Shown piece by piece: positions 40,708-54,900 of a stretch of DNA of 64,000 nt (positions are counted from its first letter, which is position 1; the number at the start of each line of letters is the position of its first letter). The DNA comes from Dictyostelium discoideum (taxonomy: Eukaryota): contig CM000155.2 in assembly GCA_000004695.1 (NCBI GenBank), forward strand, positions 544,001 through 608,000, in the 5' to 3' direction. The notes beneath the pieces were generated by a model. It saw only the letters and a list, made by a program, of their open reading frames with translations, was not told the origin of the DNA and did not search any database. Position numbers and translations under genes: made by a program.

Positions 40708-41955
40708 ATGAATATTAATAGTAGTAGTAACGTAGAAGAATATCAATTAATTTATAAATTATATAAACTTGTATTTAGTAATATAGTATTGTCAAGATTA
40801 ATATTTGATTATGCAGCATTATATGAAAAGAATGATTATGTAGAATTTTATAGTATAAATATGTTGAGAAATTATCCAGAAAGAGAATATATAAGATCAT
40901 TATATTATTGCGATGAAGATCATATTTTAGAAATTGGTGATTTACCAATTGGTGGTGTATTAAAATTAGCAAGTATAGGGCACAGAGAAACCTTAATCAA
41001 AGGTGATACAATCCCATATGGAGTCGAAAAATTAAGATACAATTACGAAGAACATAATTCAACAGAAACTCCATTTCAAACATTACCAACAACCCTTCAC
41101 ACAATTAAAAATGCAAAAGTTGATTGTAAAAAAAGTCAAACTAATTTAATACCACCAAATATTACATCCCTTAAATTCTGTGGTTCTCCAAGTATATCAG
41201 ATATCAATCGTGATGGTGATGGTCGTGATGGTCGTGATGGTCGTGATGGTGGAGGTGGTGGTGATGGTGATGGTGATGGTGGTGGATATATTAAAATTCC
41301 AAATACTATTAAACATTTAGAATTCCATAAAAATTGGGATAATGATGGGAAAGTGTTGGGAAAAGGTGATATACCGGAGGGTGTAACTTGTTTAGATTTG
41401 GGTTTATACAAGTTAGAATTTAATCAAGGTGTTTTACCTGAAAGTTTAACAAAGTTAATGATTCGTTCTTATGATGAAACAAATGATAAGAATAATCAAA
41501 TATTGGATGATAATTTTCCAAAAAATATAAAAGATGTTACTATATTTAAATGTAAATTAAATATATCACCAAGTTTGAATTTATTTAAATTGAGTTCAAT
41601 TAAAATTTTACATATTATATTAGATTCTAAATTTAAAATTGAGGCAAATTCATTACCTTCAAGTTTAACAAATTTAAAAATTTCAACATATCAAAAATCT
41701 TTTACTGAAAATGTATTTCCAAATGGGTTACTTTCATTATCAATTAATCAAATTATTGAACAAGAAGGAGTATTACCTGAATCATTAACAAATTTAAATT
41801 TATCAGATTGCAATATTACAATAAAACAAGATAACTTAAATAAAATGATATCAATATTACCAGCTTCAATAAATTCATTAATATTACCCTCAAGATTTAA
41901 AAATTTAAAAATTAATAACATTAAATCTCCAACAATTAATTTAAAATATTATTAA
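40708..41955 (+). CDS. FNIP-repeat (LRR-like, Dictyostelium-specific) protein of 415 aa, with an internal (RDG)/(DG) low-complexity tract.
   Basis: Repeated ...LP(E/S)SLT(K/N)L... FNQ... units are present, for example IPEGVTCLDLGLYKLEFNQGVLPESLTKLMI and EQEGVLPESLTNLNLS. The low-complexity tract is RDGDGRDGRDGRDGGGGGDGDGDGGG. Confidence 0.55.
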   Translation: MNINSSSNVEEYQLIYKLYKLVFSNIVLSRLIFDYAALYEKNDYVEFYSINMLRNYPEREYIRSLYYCDEDHILEIGDLPIGGVLKLASIGHRETLIKGDTIPYGVEKLRYNYEEHNSTETPFQTLPTTLHTIKNAKVDCKKSQTNLIPPNITSLKFCGSPSISDINRDGDGRDGRDGRDGGGGGDGDGDGGGYIKIPNTIKHLEFHKNWDNDGKVLGKGDIPEGVTCLDLGLYKLEFNQGVLPESLTKLMIRSYDETNDKNNQILDDNFPKNIKDVTIFKCKLNISPSLNLFKLSSIKILHIILDSKFKIEANSLPSSLTNLKISTYQKSFTENVFPNGLLSLSINQIIEQEGVLPESLTNLNLSDCNITIKQDNLNKMISILPASINSLILPSRFKNLKINNIKSPTINLKYY

Positions 41956-42136
41956 ATAAATAAAATGTCTTATTACTACAAATAAATCAATTATTATTAT
42001 TTTTATTAATTTGACAGCATCGATTGAAAGGAGACTCGAAAAATTCTATATTTGAGTTTCAGTTATGGCTGAATTTCCATTTTTATCAAGATTTTCCGAA
42101 TGGGTAGTAGCTAATTTTTTTGAAAAATATCGATTA

Positions 42137-42210
42137 GTTCGGATGGTGTAGTCGGTTATCACGAATCCTTAACACGGATTAGGTCGTGGGTTCGATTCCC
42201 GCTCTGAATA
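42137..42210 (+). tRNA. tRNA-Val (anticodon AAC).
   Basis: The cloverleaf was folded by hand. The acceptor is GTTCGGA/TCTGAAT (two G-U pairs) and the D-arm is GTGT/TCAC with an AGTCGGTTA loop. The anticodon stem AATCC/GGATT carries the loop TTAACAC. The variable loop is AGGTC and the T-arm is GTGGG-TTCGATT-CCCGC, with discriminator A. It is near-identical in layout to metazoan tRNA-Val-AAC. Confidence 0.9.
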
Positions 42211-42244
42211 CAACTAGCTTTTTTGGGTGATTTCACATATCACA

Positions 42245-42298
42245 GGTTCGATTCCTAACACCGCTTTTAGGTAAAAAAAAAAAAACAGGTTCGATTCC
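42245..42298 (+). promoter_or_regulatory. Two extra B-box (ex-B) elements, GGTTCGATTCC, located 35 and 78 nt downstream of tRNA-Val.
   Basis: The 15-mer CAGGTTCGATTCCT occurs twice, at 42243-42257 and 42286-42300. It matches the pol III B-box consensus GGTTCGANTCC. Dictyostelium tRNA genes are known to carry downstream ex-B boxes. Confidence 0.7.
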
Positions 42299-42599
42299 TG
42301 TGGATAAATTAATTAATAAATAAAGGAAAAAAAATTAATATTATATTGTTTGAAGTAAATATTCAGTTTTTGGAATGTTTGGATTTGAATTTAAAATATA
42401 TATATCTAAATAAATTAATTATTATTTTAATTATTATTATAATTATTGTTAACTTAAAAGCATGAAGAAACTTGAATTGGATTCCTGAATAGATTCATCA
42501 ATATCTAAAAAACAAAAAGAATCTTTAATTCCAAATCTCCTCCGACCTATCAATTACATTTTGATTTGATTTATTTACATTATTTTTTATTTTAAAATT

Positions 42600-43200
42600 G
42601 TTTTGTTATTTATATAGAATTCTAAGAAAAATAAATCTTTTTTTTTTTTTCTATTACATTTTTATATAGCTATTGTGTAGTATTGACAAAAAAAAAAAAA
42701 AAAACAATAATAGTAATAAAAATCTAAATCAATAGTATTTAATTTATTTATTTTCAAAAACTAAACTATTCTTTATTTGATAATTCAAATTAAAAAATAG
42801 GATAAACACTTAACATTTTAAAATTAAAATTCATAAATAAAACTATTGATTATTGTTCATTTCCTTTAATGGAATAACACTAATTAATCTATGTTTATCC
42901 ATTAAGAAAAAAAAAAAAGCGATATGACATCTTCTTTTTTAAAAAATCGAAATCTGTATTAGATATAAATTAAATAATATCTTTATTTAAATCTAAACAA
43001 AAATAATAATTGTATTAAAGAACAAAAAAAAATAATAATAACAATAATAATAATAATAACACTATATTTTAAAATTAAAATTCTTTATTTGAAAATTAAA
43101 AAAGAATAATTGCTTGACATTTTAAAATTCCATAAATAAACTATTAATTATTGTTTATTTCCTTTAATGGGTAAAAGTTACTAGTTAATATTCTAAGAAA
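42600..43200. repeat. Tandem duplication of two roughly 300-bp units of an AT-rich element with a conserved core ...AAATAAACTATTRATTATTGTTYATTTCCTTTAATGG.... A related inverted copy lies at 55130-55190.
   Basis: Direct comparison of 42770-42905 with 43065-43200 shows colinear homology of roughly 75-80%. The core TTCCTTTAATGG / CCATTAAAGG also occurs at 55140-55160 in the opposite orientation, next to the TRE 3' end. Confidence 0.5.
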
Positions 43201-43916
43201 TTATTTGGACCAAATATACCAAGTTGATAGTTGATTTGGTGTTATGAAAGTGAAACAATTGATAGCAATTTCTAAATTATCCAATAAGTAGAAACCATTG
43301 GCATGCCAGTTTGTTTGGTCTTTGAACCAATTGGGATTGGTAACCAAATTTGAAAGTGATATCTGGTTCATCTACATCTTCTGGTGCTATTGTTATTAAT
43401 AATATCTAAGAATATATAAATCTACCAATTGCAATCTTGGGTGTAACAAAACCAAAGTCTTGATAGATATTGTGATCAATAGTTTGTTTGCTTTAAGATT
43501 TCAAGTTGAATAAACCAATCAATACACCACCATGGTGGTGTATAATTACCAATTAATTAAATGTTGTTGGAGTTAAGGAAAGTTGGATAAAATTCTTTTG
43601 GTAAAGTGAGTGAAAAAACAATAATTGCGCGCCTTGGGTAAAGATAGGTAGGTAGTGAACACCAGTAACCAGAATTGAACTAATTTAAATCAGTTGTTAT
43701 AACGATACAATAATCACATGTTAATAAATTATCAAATTTGTGATTACTTGATTCATTGTTGGTTGTTGTTGTTGGAGTTACAACAAATTAATATTGATCT
43801 GGTTGTGTTTTGAATAAAAATAAAAATTAAAAAAAAAAAAAATTGAAAAAAAAAAAAAAAACTGGGGTGGGAAAAAAAAAAAAAAATAAAAAAAAAAAAA
43901 ATCATAATTTTTGCAT

Positions 43917-43951
<35 letters not shown>

Positions 43952-44030
43952 TTTGTTTATTTTTTATTAATTATTATTATTATTATTTTATATCATAAAG
44001 TTAAGTTTTTTTTTTTTTTTTATTATTAAA

Positions 44031-44339
44031 ATGGAAGTTTTAGTTAAAAAGAATATATGTAAAGATATCGAATTTATAGATCAAAATTATATTGCTCAAA
44101 GAATGGCGAAAATAGAGATAACTACAGATTGGACACAAGATCATTACTCTGTTTGGAGGAATCATCTATTAGATCAAAAATCAAATAAATTCATTCTAAG
44201 AGATAAAGGTGATAGAAGGGATGAATATTTACAAAAAAGGTATCAATTATTAGATTCAAAATATAAAAAACAAACTTTTTCCTCACCAAAAAAACATACA
44301 AACACCACCACCACTACCACTACCACTACTACTACTACC

Positions 44340-44384
<45 letters not shown>

Positions 44385-45494
44385 CAACAACAACAATCAC
44401 AACAAAAACCTAATCAAGTAATTACAAATAATAATAATAATAATAATTTAGAAGATTTTTCATTTAGTGGAATGCATCATATTTTTGATCAACATAAAAA
44501 ATCAATAACTAGAATTAAATTTGCAAAGAATAGTAAAGAGTTATTAGGATTTTCAAGTGAAGATGGTGGATTAAGTATTGTAAAGTTATTACCAAATGTT
44601 GAGATTATTTCTACGTTAAAGTGTGATTCATCGATAATCGATTTCGAATGGTGTAATAATAATCAAGAGATAGTGACTGCAACATCTAATGGTGTAATTA
44701 AATTATTTCAAAATAATGGTGTTGGTGGTGGTAACATCCAACTTTTGAAAACATTTGGTAAAGAGTTGTCAATAACATCAATAGTTTCAATATGTTTACA
44801 TCCAATCAAACCAAATCTACTATTCATATCAGAGGGTGATAATAAATGTATCATAAAGTTAATCGATATATCAAGTGGTAAAATTATTACTAAAATTAAA
44901 GTTCATTCAACTATTACAAGTATGCAATTCGAAGAGAAAGGTACTTATTTATTCTTGGCTGATCAAAATGGTATGATTTTAATATTTAAATATGATTTTA
45001 GTAGTGGTAGTGGTGGTGGTAGTGGTAATTTATCAATGGTATCAAAAACTCAAATTACAAATAATTCAATGCCAATCACTAGTATACAAGTACATTATTG
45101 GTATTCAAATGCACAGAAACCACCAGTATTATCGATACTTTCAAATTCAAAAGATTCAAAAATGAGAGTATTTATTGTGAAAAGTTTATCAACTGGTAGT
45201 TTTGTCCTATTTAGAGAGATTAATGTACCTTGTAAATCGTTATCAATAAAGAGTTGTTTCTCACCATTGGTAACAAAGAATAGACAAGGTGCTTTCTTGG
45301 TTACTGGCTCTGAAGATTCAATCATTTACATTTACGATATCAATAAAAAAGATAAACCTTGTATTAATCAATTAATGGGTCATGCTTCTGCTGTAATCGA
45401 TGTAGCTTGGAATCATGATGAATCTTTATTAGCAACCTGTGATACTTCAGGTATTGTAATAATTTGGAATAGATCAAATTTAAAAAAAAATTAA
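44031..45494 (+). CDS. wdr13: WD-repeat protein, WDR13 ortholog, 487 aa.
   Basis: FSFSGMHHIFDQHKKSITRIKFAKNSKELLGFSSEDGGLSIVKL and the C-terminal FLVTGSEDSIIYIYDINKK...LMGHASAVIDVAWNHDESLLATCDTSGIVIIWNR align to human WDR13 (YAFAGMYHVFDQH... and ...[34 protein letters not shown]). A poly-Thr/poly-Asn/poly-Gln insert is also present. Confidence 0.8.
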
Positions 45495-46100
45495 AAATTA
45501 ACTTTATTCATATATATATGTAATAAAAAAAAAAAAAAAAAAAAAAAAAAAATAAAAATTTTTAAACACGTATATTGTTTTTAAAAAAAAAAATAAATAA
45601 AAATAAAATAAAATAAAATAAAAATCTATTTTTATAGTAAATTAGTTATTTTTATAATAAAAAAAAAATAAAAACAAAAATAGATTTTTTAATTAATAGT
45701 TTTTTTTTAATTTTATTTTATTTTATTTTTTATTTTTTTTTTTTTTTATTTTTTCCAAAATGTCCTCGAAAATTTGGGACATGCAAATTTTGCCACACAG
45801 GCGTTTATTATTTTTATTAAAAAATAAAATAAAATTAAAAAAAAAATAATTTTATAAAAAAAAAAAAAAAAAAAAAATTTTTATTAATAATTTTTTTTTT
45901 AAATTTTTTTTCTTTTTTTTTTTTTTTTCACAAAAATACAAAAACAATTTTATTTTTTGTAATTTTAAAATATTTGTCAACCATTCTATTGCTTACCACA
46001 CGCTTTCACACAAACACAAAAACACACACGTATAACAACAAACGAGTTTTTTCTTTTGTTTTTTTTATTTTATTTTATTTTATTTTAAAAGTTTTAAAAT

Positions 46101-46150
<50 letters not shown>

Positions 46151-46301
46151 ATAAATAATTTGTAAAAGCATTTATAGTTATTTATAAATAACCAATTTTT
46201 ACCCAAATAAAAAAATAAAATAAAAAAATAAAAAAAAATAAAAAACAATAATAATATTAATATTAATAAAAAAATAAATAATAAAAAAAAAATATAAAAA
46301 T

Positions 46302-48187
<1,886 letters not shown>

Positions 48188-48383
48188 TTAAATATTAAAA
48201 AAAAAAAATAAATTAAAAAAAATTTAAAGAAATAAAATAAAAACTATCTATTTATTTATTCAAACTTTTTTTTAAAAATAACTTTAAATCATAAAAAAAA
48301 AAATTAATCTTTATTATATATCTATATCCAAAAAGTGGGTGTTCACCACTTGAAATAATTTTTATATTTTCCTGTAGATTTAT

Positions 48384-49071
48384 TTAATTACGTTTATTTT
48401 TTTTACCCTTTTTACTTTTCTTATTTGAGGATGTTGTTGTTGTTGAAGTTTCTTTTTCATCATCTTTTTGAGTTTGTTGTTTATTTGTTTCTTTTTCTTC
48501 ATTTTCTTCTTCTTCTTGCTTTTGATTATCATATTCTTCTATTTTTGGACCATTATTATTATTATTATTATTATTATTTTTATTTTTATCTTGTTGTTCA
48601 CTACCAGCTTTTAAAGATCCAGAAGCAAGGATTAAATCTCTAAATTCAGCACTCTTTTGATATTGTTCCATAACTTCAGTTGGTGGGAATTTTGAAACAT
48701 CACCAGTTTGACTATCAAATTCAAATCCAATATTTTGTAAATCTCTTCTAAAAGCATGACGCCATTCATCATCTGACATTGCACGTTTATTATTTGCTTG
48801 GGATGATGATGATGAGGTGGCATTAGTAGTTGATGATGATGAACCATTACCAGAGAAATTGGTTGTATTTGTAGTTGGTGGTTTTGGACCTCCCAATTTA
48901 TTTTTATCAACTTCTTGTGAAAATTCTCTCATAAATATTTGTGACCATGTTGATTTATCTTCTTTTTCCTAAATAATAATTCAAATAATAATTCAAATAA
49001 TAATTCAAATAATAATTCAAATAATAATAAATTTTATTTAATTAGCTTTTTTCCAAATTCCTATTTTAATA

Positions 49072-49105
<34 letters not shown>

Positions 49106-49819
49106 CATACAGTTCCTTTATTCCAAAATACTTTAAAAATGACAGGCCATTTTAAGAGTAATAATACTGTAAAACTACCAAATTCTACAAAACCACCTGA
49201 AAATTGATCCCAAATAATTTGTTTATATTTTGATGAATCACTAAATTATAAAATTTAAATAAAAAAAAAAAAAATATATTAATATTGAAATTTAAAAAAT
49301 GGTCACACCATAACTTGTGATTGTATTTGTAATCGTGATAATAATTGCGATATAGTAGTGGTGGTGGTGGTAATGGTAATGGTAATAGTAGTGGTAATGT
49401 GATGATATTATTGTTATTATTTATTGTTGTTGTTGTTGTTGTTTTTATTAAAATTATTACCTTTTCTTTAAAAGTGATAAAGTATCTTTTAATCTCCAAA
49501 AGAATAGGGTACAAGTAATGATGAGCATCATAAAATATAAAGTGTCTGTAAAAAGACAAAAGAAATTATGTTGAACTTTTTCTTTAAATGTTAAATATCG
49601 TTTTTCATCATTTTTATTTGTATTGTTGTTATCATTATCATTATTATTATTATTTTCTATCTTTTTTTTACTATCTATAAATAGGAAATAAACCCTCCAA
49701 GAGAATAAAACTGTTAAAATTTGAATTAAATAAAACCAAAATTCAATAATTTTAATAAAAGTTGATGGGGTTGATTTAGGTGGTTTGTTTTTTGATTTAG
49801 TTGTTGTTGAAGTATTCAT
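48384..49819 (-). CDS. Small multi-pass membrane protein with a hydrophilic acidic/basic C-terminal tail. Structure is complement(join(48384..48968,49111..49240,49461..49819)), about 357 aa.
   Basis: Exon 1 is MNTSTTTKSKNKPPKSTPSTFIKIIEFWFYLIQILTVLFSWRVYFLFI...LYFMMLIITCTLFFW, which contains TM helices. The donor AG|GTAATA (phase 2) joins the acceptor TTTAG|TGATTC to give ...SDSSKYKQIIWDQFSGGFVEFGSFTVLLLLKWPVIFKVFWNKGT. The second intron is GTATGT...TTTAG, and the third exon is EKEDKSTWSQIFMREFSQEVDKNK.... All phases were checked by hand. Confidence 0.5.
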
Positions 49820-49826
49820 TTTTTTT

Positions 49827-49857
<31 letters not shown>

Positions 49858-50552
49858 GTATCTGTTCGTTTATTATTTTTTTATTTAATACACACAAACA
49901 CAATTATTTACTTATTTGTTCTTATTGCACAAAAATGCCAACATATGGAACTAAATTAAAAAAAAAAAAAAAAAAAAATTAAAATAAAATAAAAAATTTA
50001 AAAAAAAAATTAAAAAAAAAATTAAAATTAAATGGAAGTAACAGATATGGTTTTGTTGTCTTTTAATTTTTTTTTTTTTTTTTTTTATAATTTTTTTCAA
50101 AAAAAAAAAAACTCGACAGTGTTTTAAAGAAAATAAAACCTAAAATGGTAAAAAAGTTTATTTTAAAATAATGAACCCTTTTTTATTATTATTTTTTTTT
50201 TTATAATATAATAAAAAAATAACACACAAAAAAATTGATATATGATTATAAGATTGTAAATCTAAATCTAAAAAAAAAAAAAAAAAAAAAAAAAACATAA
50301 ACTACGATGATCTTTTTTATTTATTATTTTTTTTTTTTTCTTTATTTGTTTATTTTTAAAAAAATCGTATCCTTCCTGCCTTTTATGGACACACAATATT
50401 AAATATTTCTTTTAAAAAAAAAAAATAATTGAAATTGTTATAATAAAAAGACATTTGTAATTTATATTAGTATTTTTTTAATATTATTTTTAAATAATTT
50501 TTTTTTTTTTTTAACAAACCACTACAAAACAAAACAAAACAAAACAACACAT

Positions 50553-50594
<42 letters not shown>

Positions 50595-50806
50595 ACAAAC
50601 AGATAAAAGATCAAAACAATTAAAAGAATAAAATAAAATTTACTTTTAAAATAAAATAAAAAAAAATTAAATAAAGTTCAATTTTCTTTTAAAGGGAAAA
50701 AAAAAAAAAAAAAAAAAAAAAATTAAAATTAAGATTTAAATATATAAATAAAAAAAAAAAAAAGAAAAAATAAATCTCGAATAAAAAAAAAAAAAATAAA
50801 AATAAA

Positions 50807-51355
50807 ATGATAAAAATAAATTATTTTAATTTAAAATCTATTTGGATTTTTATAATTATTTTTATATTTATTAAATTGAATGAAAATATTAAAATAGTTA
50901 TATCATCAGCAATACAACAATTAGATTGTCATGATGTTTTTATAAGTCATTTTAGTAATAGCAATAGTAATAATAAATATTTACAAGTTACAGTGATAAA
51001 TCCACAAGGTGTTGTATCATTTAGTAGAGATGCTATATCATATATTACAAAAGGAAATTACATTACCAATGTTAAATTATTCCCAACAGTATTTTCAAAT
51101 GGTGAACAATGTGTTCATAGTCAATTACAACCATTTAGTTTCGATAAAAAAAAGATTAGTTTTGGTGATAGAAATGGTATTATCATTAGTCCAGATGGTA
51201 CTTTCACTTATAAACCCATTTGGAGTACTGTTGGTGAATTAAAATTTAATTATTCATGTGATAAAAATATTTATTATGGTTGGAGTAAAAGTCATTTCAT
51301 TTCATTCTCTTTTATAACTGACCATGAATTAGGTTCACCTTGTACAAATCCTTAA
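50807..51355 (+). CDS. Hypothetical secreted protein of 182 aa with a signal peptide.
   Basis: The N-terminus MIKINYFNLKSIWIFIIIFIFIKLN is hydrophobic. No recognised domain is present. Confidence 0.4.
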   Translation: MIKINYFNLKSIWIFIIIFIFIKLNENIKIVISSAIQQLDCHDVFISHFSNSNSNNKYLQVTVINPQGVVSFSRDAISYITKGNYITNVKLFPTVFSNGEQCVHSQLQPFSFDKKKISFGDRNGIIISPDGTFTYKPIWSTVGELKFNYSCDKNIYYGWSKSHFISFSFITDHELGSPCTNP

Positions 51356-51364
51356 ATAATAAAT

Positions 51365-51396
<32 letters not shown>

Positions 51397-51861
51397 TGTA
51401 CTATTAAAAAAAAAAAAAAAAAATAAAATTTAGATCTGTAAATTTTTCTTTTATTTTTTATTTATTATTAGCTAAAATTAAACAATGAACAATAAATTTT
51501 TATTTTTTTATCTTTTTAATTATGTTTCAAACTAATTCAAAGGATAAATAATCAATGTAATGTAAATTAAAAAAAAAAAAAAAAAACCCTCTGCTTAATT
51601 TTTTTTTATTAAACACCCAAAAACAAAATTTGAAATATAATTGTAATGGTGGTATTTTTTTATTTACTTGTAACACACTTTTTCCTTTGTGTTTGTGTTT
51701 TTTTTTTTTTTTTTTTTTTAACTCTAACTACTTTGGCACACTACACACAGTATGAATACTGTTTTCACACAACATAATTTTAATAAGAGATAAAAAACTG
51801 TTTTTTTTTTATTAAAAATTATTATTAATATTATTATTAATTATATTTTTTATTTTTAATA

Positions 51862-51892
<31 letters not shown>

Positions 51893-51949
51893 CCTATAAA
51901 TAAAATTTTTTTAAATTGATTTAATAATAACTTAAAATAATAAAAAATA

Positions 51950-54900
51950 ATGGAAAATCAAAGAATTTATAATATTAATTTAGATTTACTAAAAGATAAT
52001 ACATTAAATGGGAAAAATAATTATTATCCATCAACTTATTTAATTGAAGAATTAATAAAGATATTTCAAAATACTGATTTAATAATACCAATCTTTGAAT
52101 TTAAACCACCATTTATAATAGATAATGAATTGGAAAAATTTTATTTGCAAACAGAAATCATTGAAATTAATTCAAAAGAATATGAAATAAAATTCAATTT
52201 TAAAGATAATAAAACAAACCAATGGAATCAATTTTCAAAAGGAAATTTCTTACTATCAACTAATAATAATTATAATTTTAATGAAAAAGAAGTAGATTAT
52301 ATTGAAAATTTGAAATCTAAAATTTGTAATTTTACAAAAGTTTCAAAAGATGAATTTATAAATTTTATAGATGAAAAAACTGGATTAAAATATAATGGAA
52401 TTTTTAATAACAATATTAAAGATTGTTTAATTGGTGATAATTGTTCTTTACTAGTTGTATCATTGGAAGGATGTCAAAACCAAAATTTATTTTTTAATAA
52501 ACCTTTATTTAATATATTTTTAAGTGGTATGTTAATATTGGTTGATAGAAAATGTAAATTGAATTTTAATAAAATTGAAGGACTTAAATATTATTCACCA
52601 AACAATCTACCAAAAGATAAGGATCAATTAATTTCAGAAATTTATATTTATTCAAAATTAATTTCATCAAAAACAATTTCCTCAAATTCATATTCAGCAT
52701 CTGTAAAAGTTTTATTACCAGATGGAACTTTATTATTTGATATTGATAGAGTTGAATATAAATCATTAACATCTATTAAACCAATATCAATTGAACCACC
52801 AAATGATCATATGTATTCAGTTTATCAACAACCATTGAATTCATTAATTAAATCACCATTAAAATTTAAATCAAAATATCAAAATAAAATCAATGATTTA
52901 AATCATTTTCTAAATTACCAAGATGGTTCAACATCAAATTACAATGATTTCATTACAATTCAAAATCAAATTATTTCAAATATTGTAAAAGAAGTAATAA
53001 AACCAATTTTAAATGAAAAAATATTATTTAGAATATTAGATTTTCAAGGAGAAATAAATTCAACAACAATTATTTTAGAAAAGATAAATTCATTATTTGG
53101 AAAATTTCCAAATTTCCAAATTGATATTGAATATACAATAAACAATAAAAATCCACCAAAAAACAGTATACCAATTAAATTTGATAAAATTTTTAAAGAA
53201 AATAATTTAAATAATATATGTATAGTTATAAAAGATTTTAATTTAGTTAAAGATCAATTTAAAAATGGAGAAAATAACATTGAATCATATTATGATTTTA
53301 TAATAATATCAAATTTAAATTTAAATGAAAATAATTTAAAATCATTACTATTACAAATAAATCAATTATTAACTCCAAATGGTCATTTATTATTAATGGA
53401 ATTTAAATCAAAAATTTCATTTAACAAAAATAATTTAGAAAAATTATTAATTGAATGTAATTATTGTAATGATTTTGTAATTTTTTTAGATGATTCAACA
53501 CCATTATTGTTAATTCATACACAAAAACAAAATATACAATTATTTAAAAATATTTCAATCTCTAATGATTCAGAACAAATATTAAATAATTTATTATTTG
53601 AAAATATAATAATATTTGGTAATAATAATAATATTGACTTTAAATTGATTTATAAAAATAATGAAAATTATAAATCAATTTATCAAATTTCAAAAATTAA
53701 TGAAATAAATGAAAAATTAATAACCGATAAATCAATAATTTATTTTATAAAAACAATTGATAAACTTTTAATTGAAAATTTTAATGAAATAACTTTTGAA
53801 TATATTCAAATTAATCAAATGATAATGAAATTAAATAGTAAATGTAAACATGTTTTATTAGCAAAAGATATAAAAGGTGAAAATTATTTATCATCATCAG
53901 TAATAGGTGTTTCAAGATACTTTGATCAAATTCCTCAATTAGAATTATTTACAATAGATTTTGACAATAATTCAATTGATTCAATTTATAATGTTATTAA
54001 CGAATTAATTAATTCTAAAATTAATTGGTGGCAAAAAGAATTTACAATTAAAAATAATGAAATTTATTTTGAAATATTTAAAAAGGAATCAAAATTTATA
54101 AATAATATATTTAAATCAAATTCATATGAAAAAAATCATAATGAAATGATTACAAAAAAAAATTATAAAATTGTAGAAAAATATTTAGGTAATTCAATTT
54201 TAATTACAGGTCAATCAGGTTTTGTTTTAGAGATTTATAAATGGATAATTAATTATTCTGAAAGTGTTAAAAATATTATTATACTTTCAAAATCAAAATT
54301 AAAATGGGAATTAGAATTATTAATTAAAAAAAATAAACATATTAATTTCATTTTTAAAAGTATTGACGTTGGTAATACAAATGCAATGGAAGAAACAATA
54401 AATATAATTTTAAAAGAAAATTCAAATATAATTAATATTGATTCAATATTTCATTTCGCCGTTGAATATTGTACAACACCAGATCCTTTAGAAATTACAA
54501 TTAAAAATTTGGAGATTTCAAATTGTGCTAAAACAATGGGTGCAATTAATTTACATAATCAATCAGTTAAAAGAAATTGGAAATTAATTAATTTCATAAT
54601 GGCATCATCGGTTGCATCTTTATTTGGTGTAAATAGTCAATGTAGTTATTCAAGTTCATGTTATGTAATAGATTCATTGTCAGCATATAGAAAATCAATT
54701 GGATTACCATCGATTTGTACAAATTATGGTGTTTTAGGTGAAGCAGGACTATGTTCAAGAGTTCAAATGATACAAGATTTTACATTAAAATTGGGTTATG
54801 AACCATTACCTGCCAATATGGTATTAGGTGCATTAGATTTACAAATTCAAAACCAAAATATAGTCCCACTAGATTTTATACTCTCTAAACTTAATTTTAA

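Noticed and set aside
40775-41411. ORFs 40775..40972 (-) and 41136..41411 (-), Pro/Ser-rich.
   Set aside because: They are antisense of the FNIP-repeat gene. The poly-P/S reading arises from the (GAT GGT)n coding repeat.
45095-45325. ORF 45095..45325 (-) inside WDR13.
   Set aside because: It is antisense within a conserved WD-repeat CDS.
48425-49559. ORFs 48425..48643 (+), 48632..48910 (-) and 49185..49559 (-).
   Set aside because: The first two overlap the 3' exon of the membrane-protein gene in wrong frames. The third reads through the low-complexity introns of that gene, and the spliced model is more parsimonious.
49785-49982. ORF 49785..49982 (+), F-rich.
   Set aside because: It overlaps the start of the minus-strand membrane-protein gene and its T-rich 5' flank. 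It has no coding signature.
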